Sequence record: NC_048747.1
Length of the DNA stretch: 64,000 bases
Direction: 5' to 3' (one strand)
The notes beneath the pieces were generated by a model that was given only the letters and a program-made list of their open reading frames with translations, searched no databases and was not told where the DNA came from. Of the stretch, positions 40,369 through 50,290 are shown piece by piece. Within the stretch, counting starts at the first letter, position 1. Every line of letters begins with the position of its first letter. Made by a program: the position numbers and the translations under genes.

Positions 40369-42354
40369 CTAGTTAACAGAGTTAGTAAAGAAACACTCCA
40401 TTGCCGTTGCCTGACGTTCTTTCACATAAAACGTAGACGGGGACTCAATCACTTTGTTTTGACCTTGGTAGATCAACAAAGAACCGAAACCACGATTCTC
40501 TATCGCGTTCTTAAACGGAATAAAGTAACGAGGCTCATCCCCCACCGGCAACCTATACAATCCCTCGTTAGGAGCCACGGCGGTGGTACTGTGGAGTAGT
40601 GTTTCGATGTGGACCATGTTGATGTTTTTGAACTTACGGTTAATCAGTAACCAGAAGTCTACCATAACTTGACCGAAGAACTCTGGTGTAACCTGAGTAT
40701 CACGCCAAGCTTTATTACGACGAGACAGTGCCAAGAACGATTCAATCTCACTGCGGTACTTATCCAAATCCTCATACACATAAGGTAGGCTAAGTAGTGG
40801 GTAGTCTGGATCGAAATCCGTAACATCGATTTCGATGTACTTCTTGGTTTTCTCCCAACCTTTAGTCATGGTGTACTCAATGAACTCTTTAGACATACGA
40901 GCTTGTCTAGAGCTGACCTGTGTATCCAGGTGAACGGTGGTTTCCGTTTTAGTCCCAGGTAACATAGGGTCTTCCATTTCGTACGTTAAGGTTAACGTTG
41001 GGAAGCACGTCAATTGATCATCTTGAACCTCATCCAGGTTTTCCATAGAGCGTAAGTCGGTTAACTCACTCACCATAGAGACAGGCAACTGGATACGAGT
41101 CGAACATTTAATCATCTCTGGCTTCAAGAAAATATCGTCACCATTGGTAGTGATGTATTCGTGATCACCCGCCATGACAGAGAAAGGCACAGCTTGTACG
41201 TGTCGCATGAAGTGTTTAGTAGACAACATGCCTTGACCGATAGGTTCCGCCACCGCAGTACCACTTAACATCCCCGGGTTGGCTGACTTACGCATAATGA
41301 CGTTGTAAGGCACGGACATACGCATTTGACCGTAACATACAGCACACGGTGCTTTCTCATTACGACAAAACTGAATTGAACGAATGTGAATGGTTTCACC
41401 CACTTTCAACTCTTTGACGCGTTCTCTCGTAATCAGGTGGATGTTACCATCCTCGTCATGATAATACTTACCTTGTAGTGCGTTGATCAGTTCCTTAGAC
41501 TTTAGGTTAACTGGGATAACCGTGTTAGTCCCACAGTCAGTGTAGTGATCAATGTCCTTGACTGGTGAAGTAGTCAAGTGCAACTTACGGTGGAACCACT
41601 CCGAGTCTTCCAGTGCTTTACCGTTCGATACCAACGCTTTACCTGCCGAACGAGATTCCGCTAAGATATCCGCTAGGTTAGTGATACCTTCGGCAAATGA
41701 TGGTTCGATAGGGTTTGGCATGATTCGGTTGTTCAAGTCGAAACATGCACCACGAGAGATAAAGGTTTGGAAACCTTGGTTAATGGACACCGCGCCAGTA
41801 CGCGCTTGCATAATGAACGTTGAGAAGTCTAGAGTGGATTCTCGCAATACGGCTTGCTTGAATTCTTCTTCAGCTTCATCGTAGGTCAATTTACCAGCTC
41901 TTAGTCGGCTACGGATGTCAGCAATCTTAGGATGATTAAAGACCTCCATAACGTCTTCTGCGGTCGCAGAGATTACCCCGGGAGAACCGAGGTAAACTAA
42001 GATGTTATTCATCTTAAAATGCCACACATAAACGATCTGTTTGATCAAGTCCGCTTCCACGGGGTCGTTTACATGAGACATTAAGATATCTAACATATAC
42101 TGTAATGGACGCTGCAACGTTGCATCATTGTAAACCTTACAATGAATGATCTCCTTGGTAGAGTAAGGAATGTTCAGGTGTCCGTATCGACGATGGAGTT
42201 CCAAACCATACCAAGTCATGATAAGGTCGTAAGTATTACTAACTAAGGATTCCCCGTTATCATCGACCACTGTGACCTTACTGAGATCTTTACGCCATCC
42301 GATAACTTGGTGTTCCGATAAATTAGCGAATTCACGAAGAGAGATCGTTTTCAT
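40369..42354 (-). CDS. rpoC: Non-virion RNA polymerase beta' C-terminal subunit (phiKZ gp74-like)
   Basis: TDCGT, Zn site CRNEKAPCAVCYG, EPIGQGMLSTKH (trigger-loop equivalent). Confidence 0.88.
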   Translation of the reverse strand: MKTISLREFANLSEHQVIGWRKDLSKVTVVDDNGESLVSNTYDLIMTWYGLELHRRYGHLNIPYSTKEIIHCKVYNDATLQRPLQYMLDILMSHVNDPVEADLIKQIVYVWHFKMNNILVYLGSPGVISATAEDVMEVFNHPKIADIRSRLRAGKLTYDEAEEEFKQAVLRESTLDFSTFIMQARTGAVSINQGFQTFISRGACFDLNNRIMPNPIEPSFAEGITNLADILAESRSAGKALVSNGKALEDSEWFHRKLHLTTSPVKDIDHYTDCGTNTVIPVNLKSKELINALQGKYYHDEDGNIHLITRERVKELKVGETIHIRSIQFCRNEKAPCAVCYGQMRMSVPYNVIMRKSANPGMLSGTAVAEPIGQGMLSTKHFMRHVQAVPFSVMAGDHEYITTNGDDIFLKPEMIKCSTRIQLPVSMVSELTDLRSMENLDEVQDDQLTCFPTLTLTYEMEDPMLPGTKTETTVHLDTQVSSRQARMSKEFIEYTMTKGWEKTKKYIEIDVTDFDPDYPLLSLPYVYEDLDKYRSEIESFLALSRRNKAWRDTQVTPEFFGQVMVDFWLLINRKFKNINMVHIETLLHSTTAVAPNEGLYRLPVGDEPRYFIPFKNAIENRGFGSLLIYQGQNKVIESPSTFYVKERQATAMECFFTNSVN

Positions 42355-44434
42355 TTTCAGTCCTTAATTCATAACCAGCGTCAGTTAACATATTCATACT
42401 TAGTTGGAGAGCACGGTTGGCTTTATACTCTTCACGTTTCACTACCTCAGGGACACCAAATGGGTCGTCACTACGGACGATGCGTTTGATAGCCATGCGA
42501 GAAGCTTCCGGTGAGTTAGCTAAAGTCAACATACGAGCGGTTTCTTCACCACCCTCATGGGATACCGCAATACGTCCTTCGGTTTCACCCGTGTTACGGT
42601 CCACCTTACTACGATAGTATTTGTTGTACTTATCGTTAGCGTTTAGCTTGGCAGGGAGACCATATAAGTTACGTTTAGGGAAAGACTCAGAAGACATTTC
42701 CGTACCGAACTTGTCCAACAGTAAATAATACATGCTACTGATGATCACTGGTTCCAATGTGGTTTCGCGCTCACCCAACTCGTTAGTGTACGTTACGCGA
42801 GTTGGTTTCCAATCACCATACTGTTCAGAAAGACGACGAATCACCTCCACACCAACGACTTCTGAATCACTTCGGCGTTGAATAGAGATCATCCCTTCTT
42901 TCTTAATGTAATCCACGTGCTCGAAGATGAACTGGTCGTCTGTCTTACCTACCCCTTCTACTATTTTGTGGAACTCCGGTGAAGTAGTTTCATAGAACCT
43001 CAGTAGTTCTTTGTAAGCTTGGCGATAATCACCTTGCTCACGCAGAGCCATAACCTTATCGTAAACGTTCAGGTTAATGAAGTTAATCGAAGCTTCCATC
43101 AAAGATGCGTAGATTTGACGACGGAACGCTGGTGTGTTGTTGATGATGATTTCAGCTTTACGACCGTACTCATCCACCGGAGCGTCTTCCAGTTTAAACG
43201 TTTGAACAATTACCGACTTACCACCATTCAAATCTGACAACTTGAATCGAACTTTTCCAGGGACATCTTCTTTTAATGTCACTTTTACGTTCCAGTCCAA
43301 TAGAGACTTGTTACGGTGGGTACGTTTGGTGAAATTAGGTTTGTTAACCGCGTAATCTTTGGTGACGTTGCCGAAGGCTTGATAGATGAACGCTAGTAAT
43401 TCACGAGTGAATGGTAGTTTCTCTTCACTGTTGTATTTCTTGATCTGTTGGAAGTACCAGATCTTCAAGGAATACCACATGTTGTTGTCTTCGGTCTCAT
43501 AGCGCTCTAGGAGCTTAGTATGAGCGTAGCTAGGCTTTTCCACACGACGGTTGTTAGAACGGTCTTTAAGACGCTCTGAACGCACCTCAATGTTCTTAAC
43601 CACGGAACCCGGTGGAGCATAGAACTTCACATCGTAAAGTAGGTCCGGTTTCATCAACGCTTTCTTCGTTAAAGAAGAAAGTGCGGAATTACCATCACGG
43701 CGACGGAACGCCATAACAAGACCATCTTCACGGACTTGCTCACCGTTCTCTGGGAACGCCTTAGGATTATCTAGTGTACCGTAAAGGTTCACTGGAATGT
43801 ATTCCGCTTCATTCCAACTAAACTTACGAACGTGTTCAAACATCACCATTAGACGCTCTAGGTAATCTTCACGTACCATGATGCCGTCTTCTTCGGTTGC
43901 TGGCAATGTCATACCCGCTACCATGGTTTCTAAGCCAAACTTCCATTCACCAGTTTCGCTGATGCCCGGGGACTTAGCAAAGACTTCACCCTTAGCATAA
44001 GTCGCACCTTTACGTAAACGGTTTAACATCTGTTTATCGTAGGTGTATTCAAAGCCCACATAGAAGTTATGCGTGTGATACTTAGGTAGATGAAGCACAT
44101 CGTAACGCTGCATGTCAGCATCAAAGTACACAACATGGATGGTTCCCCAGTCATCCGTTTTGGCGTCATTGGAATTAATGGACTTACGGTAAACAACCAG
44201 TTCCACTTCCATGTTGCAAGGCGCAACGATTTTACGAGCGTGGTCCCCATACTGGCGCTCGAAACCAGAAGTAATACGACGGTTAGTAATCCCCTTAGCA
44301 CGACACGACTTAGGGATCATGTTACCAGACATATATTTACGTGCAGCCGACACGTTGTGAGTACCCACGCCTAGGTTGATGGCGATGGATCCCACTTCCG
44401 GTAAGATTTGATTATCAATTTTATGGATTTTCAT
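42332..44434 (-). CDS. rpoB: Non-virion RNA polymerase beta C-terminal subunit (phiKZ gp71-73-like), uninterrupted
   Basis: RKYMSGNMIPKS, EEDGIMV, KLSDLNGGKSVI, GETEGR correspond to bacterial RpoB motifs. Confidence 0.9.
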   Translation of the reverse strand: MKIHKIDNQILPEVGSIAINLGVGTHNVSAARKYMSGNMIPKSCRAKGITNRRITSGFERQYGDHARKIVAPCNMEVELVVYRKSINSNDAKTDDWGTIHVVYFDADMQRYDVLHLPKYHTHNFYVGFEYTYDKQMLNRLRKGATYAKGEVFAKSPGISETGEWKFGLETMVAGMTLPATEEDGIMVREDYLERLMVMFEHVRKFSWNEAEYIPVNLYGTLDNPKAFPENGEQVREDGLVMAFRRRDGNSALSSLTKKALMKPDLLYDVKFYAPPGSVVKNIEVRSERLKDRSNNRRVEKPSYAHTKLLERYETEDNNMWYSLKIWYFQQIKKYNSEEKLPFTRELLAFIYQAFGNVTKDYAVNKPNFTKRTHRNKSLLDWNVKVTLKEDVPGKVRFKLSDLNGGKSVIVQTFKLEDAPVDEYGRKAEIIINNTPAFRRQIYASLMEASINFINLNVYDKVMALREQGDYRQAYKELLRFYETTSPEFHKIVEGVGKTDDQFIFEHVDYIKKEGMISIQRRSDSEVVGVEVIRRLSEQYGDWKPTRVTYTNELGERETTLEPVIISSMYYLLLDKFGTEMSSESFPKRNLYGLPAKLNANDKYNKYYRSKVDRNTGETEGRIAVSHEGGEETARMLTLANSPEASRMAIKRIVRSDDPFGVPEVVKREEYKANRALQLSMNMLTDAGYELRTENENDLSS

Positions 44435-44471
44435 TGGACTACCTTTGATGTCACTTAGGTTGGTTCACACT

Positions 44472-44491
44472 CAGGTAATATAGAACTCAAT
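44472..44491 (-). promoter_or_regulatory. Putative early promoter for the nvRNAP operon
   Basis: Contains exact TATATTAC (44482-44475), the reported phiKZ early-promoter core. Confidence 0.65.
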
Positions 44492-44503
44492 TAGGATAGA
44501 CAA

Positions 44504-44824
44504 ATGGCGATTGATCTACCACCGGCTATGGATCAGTTTTTTACTGACGAATATAAAACAATGATCCGTTCCAATAAAGAGTACTTGTTATCGATAGCAG
44601 GCAAGTACCCTATTCAAGATCTAAGCTTCCTTCACGCTCATCGTTATGATTTCTATCGCGTGCTATGGGAGAGTTTCAATGTCCCACAACATCTGCACTG
44701 GACTGTGGCGTTCCTTAATGACGTAGAGGATCCGTCACAGTATGTAGGCGATATGAAGGAGGTACTAATTATTGACACCGCCGTGGTAAATAAGTTAGTA
44801 CAGCGCATGAACATTAAACGTTAA
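44504..44824 (+). CDS. Small protein, possible T4 gp53-like baseplate wedge protein
   Basis: YDFYRVLWESFNVPQHLHWTVAFLNDVEDP resembles the gp53/LysM-like pattern. Confidence 0.5.
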   Translation: MAIDLPPAMDQFFTDEYKTMIRSNKEYLLSIAGKYPIQDLSFLHAHRYDFYRVLWESFNVPQHLHWTVAFLNDVEDPSQYVGDMKEVLIIDTAVVNKLVQRMNIKR

Positions 44825-44840
44825 AAATTAAAAAGTAATT

Positions 44841-44872
44841 CGTACCCACTCCCTTAATTGGGAGTGGGTGCG
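44841..44872. terminator. Bidirectional terminator
   Basis: cgtacccactccc/gggagtgggtgcg between convergent genes. Confidence 0.8.
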
Positions 44873-44876
44873 TTTA

Positions 44877-45500
44877 TTAAGGCATCAAGTTTTCTTTATC
44901 CAAATCGAAACAGATGAACGTTTCTTTAAGTTCGGTATTGTAACCTAAACGTGGATAACAGCGGAAAGAAACCTTAGGGTCATCAATCCAACGCTGAGTA
45001 ATCTCAGCTTGCGGGCCATGGGGAACGAAGTCGATATGGATGCCGGAACGACCCAGTCGGATGTTAGTGATACGGAAACCGATACGGGACTCCTTTAAAG
45101 AGAAGTGACCACGAATGAGTTGTTTGTACCCTTTCACACCTTCGAGTGTCGCTTTGTACATATGAAACTCTAGAGGAGGTCTTGCACCTATTTCACCGAC
45201 TACTTCACCTTGAGCAAGTTCTTCTTTTACTTTACTAACTATCTCGTCGATAGTAACATCTTTAAAGCTAGTGAATTCAGATGCCACCACTCCGTATACA
45301 GTCCATCCTTTTTCTGGAACTTCTTCATCGACCAAAGATGGGCGGTAAAGTGGTTTGTTGGGAGAACGATCAACAGCTTTGTTGTGTTCTAAATATTCAC
45401 CGACATCGAATTTCTCGTGTTTCATTAATTCGAGTTGGTAGCGTTCTAAGTCCTTAGGACTCATATTTTGTAGTTCTTCTGAACTCAGCTTTTTAAACAT
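44877..45500 (-). CDS. Hypothetical protein, possibly a degenerate prohead-protease fold
   Basis: VVGEIGARPP, RIGFRITNI, FVPHGPQ, SFRCYPR echo the T4 gp21-family layout. Confidence 0.4.
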   Translation of the reverse strand: MFKKLSSEELQNMSPKDLERYQLELMKHEKFDVGEYLEHNKAVDRSPNKPLYRPSLVDEEVPEKGWTVYGVVASEFTSFKDVTIDEIVSKVKEELAQGEVVGEIGARPPLEFHMYKATLEGVKGYKQLIRGHFSLKESRIGFRITNIRLGRSGIHIDFVPHGPQAEITQRWIDDPKVSFRCYPRLGYNTELKETFICFDLDKENLMP

Positions 45501-45534
45501 GTTGTGGTCTCCGAAAAGTTAATTAAATAAAAGC

Positions 45535-45556
45535 CCGGGAGTCCTAAGACCCCCGG
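45535..45556 (-). terminator. Terminator hairpin, UUAG loop
   Basis: CCGGGGGTC-TTAG-GACTCCCGG followed by GCTTTT. Confidence 0.7.
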
Positions 45557-45564
45557 ATAATGTT

Positions 45565-46980
45565 TTACCAAGTTGTAGCTGACTCAGTTACCGGATGGTA
45601 GCTAGGCGTAACTGTTTCGTAGCTAGTAGGTTGTTGCTGGATAGCAGGGTTCATGTGACCGCTTAGCATTGCTGCGTATTGAGCTTGGTTCATGCCGTAA
45701 CCGTAGTTCATCATGCCGTTCATCATGCCCATGTTAGGTGTCATGCTTGACTCTCGGCTTAGGAAGTTACCCTGACGAGTGTAACGGATTTGAGCAGGGC
45801 CATTAGGAGATTGAATGGTGTGAACATAATGACCAGTTGCAGGGTCTTGTGTAACACCCACCCAAGTCTCGCCCGGTAATAGGGAGGCTTGCACCAATGC
45901 GGCGTAACCATTGCTCACATCGCCCATGGTTTGTTCTGTTGTGGTTGCACCTACGTGGTTGGTGGGAGTAACGTTCGCAGTGGTGTTGGTTGTTGTAGAC
46001 GTTTGGTTCATTAGGCCGCTCACCATCTGTTGATTCTGGATTTCAGCTTTCACTGATTCAGAACCGCTAGATTGAGAGTTGTACGGCATAGGTGGAACTT
46101 GTTTGTAGATGACGTCAATGTCTTCCAACATAGTAGTGAATGACGTATCAATTTCGTAAACACCTACTTTATCAAACTCCGCACGGAATGTGTTTTGTAG
46201 GTTGTTCATGTCACTGATCAGTGATACGTAAGTGTTCACCAGTACAGAGAAACGTGCTGCTTCTGCTGAAGTTTGTTCTTGTTCGTACGCCAACGGATCT
46301 TCTACACCCGGCAATACAAAACGGAAGATTTCTTCAGCTACTACTAACGCACCGCGAGAGAACTCTTTACCAAGAATCTTCACTGGCTTATTGGCTGCTT
46401 CACCTTCAGTACGAGTTAGACGACGCACGAGTTCGTTGTAGAACGGGAAGATAGGTTTACAGCTATAGTAAATCTTGTCACCTGTCAATTTACTACGACC
46501 ACCACGTTTGATATCGAAGTGTACAAAACGACGGTCTAGGTTGTCGTCTTCCATCTCTACTGCCATGTGGTCGAACAGAACCGCTACTTCTTTACGGTGT
46601 GCTGCTTTCGCCGCTTTAATAACCTCAATGCGCTCTAGCAAGTCATTACGCAGACCACGTTTAGCTTTCTTGTTTGCGATGTCAAACAACACTGGAGCAA
46701 ACTTCTTAAAGTGTGTCAGTAGTTGCAGACCTGCCAGTTTACGGATGATACGGAAGATTTCCGTTTCTTTAGAAATGATTGACTCACAACCCGGGTGGAA
46801 GAACACTTTATCAGAAGTATCAGTTTCCAGTGCTTCGTTGAATGGCAAGTAAACATCCATACCGTCCAACGTGATAGGGTAAGAGTTACCGTCGAGCTCT
46901 AATTGCAGTTTGCCCATGTCGTCATGGTTTGTATTCCAAGCACGAGTGATGGCTACGTACAATTTATTTAATTCATTCAT
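45565..46980 (-). CDS. Nlp-like conserved nuclear protein (phiKZ gp70 position); start revised to MNELNK
   Basis: Between the PicA-like gene and nvRNAP beta; AAAGGA RBS before 46980; low-complexity C-terminus. Confidence 0.55.
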   Translation of the reverse strand: MNELNKLYVAITRAWNTNHDDMGKLQLELDGNSYPITLDGMDVYLPFNEALETDTSDKVFFHPGCESIISKETEIFRIIRKLAGLQLLTHFKKFAPVLFDIANKKAKRGLRNDLLERIEVIKAAKAAHRKEVAVLFDHMAVEMEDDNLDRRFVHFDIKRGGRSKLTGDKIYYSCKPIFPFYNELVRRLTRTEGEAANKPVKILGKEFSRGALVVAEEIFRFVLPGVEDPLAYEQEQTSAEAARFSVLVNTYVSLISDMNNLQNTFRAEFDKVGVYEIDTSFTTMLEDIDVIYKQVPPMPYNSQSSGSESVKAEIQNQQMVSGLMNQTSTTTNTTANVTPTNHVGATTTEQTMGDVSNGYAALVQASLLPGETWVGVTQDPATGHYVHTIQSPNGPAQIRYTRQGNFLSRESSMTPNMGMMNGMMNYGYGMNQAQYAAMLSGHMNPAIQQQPTSYETVTPSYHPVTESATTW

Positions 46981-47065
46981 CAGGAAATTTCCTTTAATAT
47001 TGATCAATATTGATAGTGAGTTTAACCGTGGGTTTGACGTGCACTTCTCCCCCACGGCATGAGGT

Positions 47066-48547
47066 TTACTGGAAGTTCATGTATTCTTTCAGGTTACTGT
47101 AGAAACCGGTAACAGATTGGTTCAGACCTTGGTTGCTTACTAAGGTAGGGTCAAAACGGTTACCCGCCATAGTACCGAACACCTCTGTGTGCGGCTTATC
47201 ACGTTCGCCGTTAATAGTGACGGTGATGTGTGATTCACCAAACAATGAAAGCTGTAGTTCAATGTCCACAATCATGCGGTCGTGGATAACAGGTGCGTTG
47301 TACTTGGAGTAGAATTGGTAGATTAAGTTTTCTACTGCCGCGGTAGCGTTGTACTGCCAATCTGGGTCTTTGTTAACTAATGGTGCTGATTGACCTAACT
47401 GGTACATGACTGGTAGGTCGTTTACTAACACCTGACCACCATCTTGCTGTACATCGTTAGTCGCACGGATGTGGATGTAAGAAAGGCGGTTAGCGTCCAT
47501 TACCGCATTACCGATGTTGTTAAGTTCAGATGCAATGAGGGTTTGGAAGTTAGCACCACCCATTGTGTCTGAATCGTAACGATGGTCAACCACGTTAAAG
47601 GCACTTTGGTCAGTCAAAGTAACGTTAGTCACTTGTCCGAAGTTTTCAAATACCGTTGCAATCTCTATCATAGAGAAACCACGGAAGTTGCACATATTAA
47701 CGTGACCTAGTTGACGGCGCATTACACGAATGAATGGGTTGTCTTCTAGAGATACTTCTTTAATAGTACTCATGCCAGTAGCTGACGAGATAGCTTCAAA
47801 ACGGTCACCACGCATTTCGTTCTCAAACGATGCCATGGTAGCCGCACCTAGAATCTTAGCCGCGTAATCCACAGTAGAGGCGTTGTTCGCTTTAGAGATG
47901 TTCATACCCGCTGTTGCCAGCATGCCACCAGAAGAACCCCCAAAGCCGTCAAGCATGCCCGCAGGTTGATCGTCTTCATCAAATGCTGCAAGTGCTGATG
48001 CCGAGTTGATTACATCCATTGGGCGGATGGTGTGTAGACCGTCATTGCCACCAACGTAGTTAGGGTCGTTCATCAAGTAAGTGCCTGACTGACTCATTTG
48101 ACGAGTTTCCATTGGGAACCCAGTGTGGTCTGTTGCCATGCTGGTTTCTACCATCCACATACGAACAGGAACAAACATCGCGTCTTCTGGTAGCGCACCA
48201 CCAGTTTGTGCAGGAGAACCGCCGTACATGTAGCCGTAAACTGTTAAGCTTTGCTGCATGATTGGAGAAGCGCCTTCGATAGCGAACTCTAGGCTAGCTA
48301 GACCGCGTGCTGTCGCCCAGCCGTCTTCAACGTTAGCTACACCGCCAGCTTGAGTTGCAACGCCACCTGAACGAGATGCGATATCATGTAGGTCAGTTGG
48401 TGCCACACGGTTAGTGTTACCTAGTCGACCCGCAAGTAGTTGGTTTGCATCACCCGCTGATAGATTCAAAGAGTGAGCACGCAAGTAGTGGTCTTGGTAC
48501 ATGCTAGATAGACCAATAGTTGCTTGAGTAAGAGTTAGAGTAGCCAT
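47066..48547 (-). CDS. picA: Phage nuclear import factor PicA/Imp1 (phiKZ gp69-like)
   Basis: 493 aa directly downstream of the gp68-like gene in the conserved block; synteny and size. Confidence 0.6.
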   Translation of the reverse strand: MATLTLTQATIGLSSMYQDHYLRAHSLNLSAGDANQLLAGRLGNTNRVAPTDLHDIASRSGGVATQAGGVANVEDGWATARGLASLEFAIEGASPIMQQSLTVYGYMYGGSPAQTGGALPEDAMFVPVRMWMVETSMATDHTGFPMETRQMSQSGTYLMNDPNYVGGNDGLHTIRPMDVINSASALAAFDEDDQPAGMLDGFGGSSGGMLATAGMNISKANNASTVDYAAKILGAATMASFENEMRGDRFEAISSATGMSTIKEVSLEDNPFIRVMRRQLGHVNMCNFRGFSMIEIATVFENFGQVTNVTLTDQSAFNVVDHRYDSDTMGGANFQTLIASELNNIGNAVMDANRLSYIHIRATNDVQQDGGQVLVNDLPVMYQLGQSAPLVNKDPDWQYNATAAVENLIYQFYSKYNAPVIHDRMIVDIELQLSLFGESHITVTINGERDKPHTEVFGTMAGNRFDPTLVSNQGLNQSVTGFYSNLKEYMNFQ

Positions 48548-48602
48548 GGATGGGTTTCCTTAATTCGTTTAAACGTTTAATGATAATAAAAAGGCGAAGT
48601 GA

Positions 48603-50177
48603 TTAAGAACTCACTTCTTTAACTAGGTTTAGGAACTCAGTCTTGAGACTGCGGTCCAGTTCGACTTCAAACAGGTCACCTTGGTCAGCATTACGCATAA
48701 TCTCAGGGTCACCTAACATACCCGGTTCAATGATTGAAGACCATTGCCCATTACCGAGTCCACGTAGGAAGTCGTTAGCAGAGATGACCGCTTCGTTGTC
48801 AGTACTTAATCCTGACTGCCCGCGATACACTGCACAAATCGATTCCAACATTTCTTTTTCACTGGTGTCTAATGAGAAAATCTCGTCAGTCAAACTACGA
48901 GGTTGTGACTCATCGTAAACCGTACAGATCAATGTTGCTAACTTAGGATACCCCATCTCGTGAAGTTTTACAGTAGCTAACGACATTGCTGCCATCAATT
49001 GATAGTGGTCCAGTGATAAATAGATGTTGTAAGAGATGTCTTCTTGTAACGTCAATTGGAGTAGAGTATAGATGTGTGGTTGTAACTCAAAGTCCCAATT
49101 ACTTGGGATTTGGTCATACACCCATTCTACTAAATCTGGACGTTGGATACGAAGACCTTCACAAGGGTATTTAAAGCGATCGTGTGTTTTCGGGTTGTCC
49201 TCACAATCAAACAGTCCCATTGAGAAAAACTCAGCATGGGCTTCTTCATCCGCCGAACTGACTTCTTCTTTAAGGAAGTAGATTTCGTAAAGACTGCGCT
49301 TTTCATTCATCTCGTCTTTTGTAGTGAGTTTCTTCTCACGAATACGAGATGATGGTGCAGAGAACTGCTTGGCAACTGAATATAAAGATTTAGCGATGTT
49401 CTTACTGTTATCCAGTGAAGGGATGTGTGTTGAACCCAAGCGACTGAACAATGCTGAGTAGAACGCGTGATTCACGTATGAGTCTTCTGAGATCAACGAT
49501 AGTTGAAGTGAATTCACTCCGTTAGTTGAATAGAAGTAATTCATGTAGTTGCGAATCTTAATCCAGCCATGATGATTAGTAAACGCATCGAAGTCTTTAA
49601 ACAACCCAGAGGTCACCACTTCTTTGTACTCGTCACCTGTAATCTCTTTAGCTTTTTGCATCATGCCCGAAATGATCGGAAAACTAGGACGCATTAGTAA
49701 AGCGAGTTCAGCGACTTGTTCATACTCAGTAGGGTTAATGGTTTGTTCCGCATGGTATTCACCACGAGCTACAGTTTCTCGTAAACCTTTAGGTGGCGCA
49801 CAAACACCAGACTGTTTCAAGTAATACGAGTAGTTACGCAAATCTACATGTTTGTATAATTCACGCACTAAAGGAATCAGACGATCTACGATGAAACGAT
49901 AGTCACGATGGTTACGTAGTAGTTCATCATCCTTTCCTAGGGTTTCTCCGTAATCTGGTTCCAGTATTGCCTTAACGCGTTTGAATACATCGAACATCTT
50001 ATCCAGACGTGATTCAGGTACCGACTGGAAATATTCATTCACATGAATAAAGAGGTCACCTTCAGAATCACCACAATGGATCTTACTGTGAGCGGCGAAG
50101 TTAATCGTCTCCCCTTTATGAGTTACCGCTATCCCTTTGAACTGGGAACGAGTCTTATTGGTAATGTGGAATTCCAT
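48603..50177 (-). CDS. Non-virion RNAP sigma-like subunit (phiKZ gp68-like)
   Basis: 524 aa, helical; gp68 position; preceded by the early promoter motif. Confidence 0.7.
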   Translation of the reverse strand: MEFHITNKTRSQFKGIAVTHKGETINFAAHSKIHCGDSEGDLFIHVNEYFQSVPESRLDKMFDVFKRVKAILEPDYGETLGKDDELLRNHRDYRFIVDRLIPLVRELYKHVDLRNYSYYLKQSGVCAPPKGLRETVARGEYHAEQTINPTEYEQVAELALLMRPSFPIISGMMQKAKEITGDEYKEVVTSGLFKDFDAFTNHHGWIKIRNYMNYFYSTNGVNSLQLSLISEDSYVNHAFYSALFSRLGSTHIPSLDNSKNIAKSLYSVAKQFSAPSSRIREKKLTTKDEMNEKRSLYEIYFLKEEVSSADEEAHAEFFSMGLFDCEDNPKTHDRFKYPCEGLRIQRPDLVEWVYDQIPSNWDFELQPHIYTLLQLTLQEDISYNIYLSLDHYQLMAAMSLATVKLHEMGYPKLATLICTVYDESQPRSLTDEIFSLDTSEKEMLESICAVYRGQSGLSTDNEAVISANDFLRGLGNGQWSSIIEPGMLGDPEIMRNADQGDLFEVELDRSLKTEFLNLVKEVSS

Positions 50178-50201
50178 GATTTATCTCCTATGGATTACCC
50201 T

Positions 50202-50221
50202 AAGATAATGTAGGTTTGAAA
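50202..50221 (-). promoter_or_regulatory. Putative early promoter
   Basis: TTTCAAACCTACATTATCTT. Confidence 0.55.
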
Positions 50222-50243
50222 TAATTTAACGACAGCATAAGAG

Positions 50244-50267
50244 GAAGAGGAGCCGAAGCCCCTCTTC
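50244..50267 (-). terminator. Terminator hairpin, UUCG loop
   Basis: GAAGAGGGGC-TTCG-GCTCCTCTTC followed by CTCTT. Confidence 0.75.
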
Positions 50268-50290
50268 GGAATTACTTATTAGGAAGTAAA

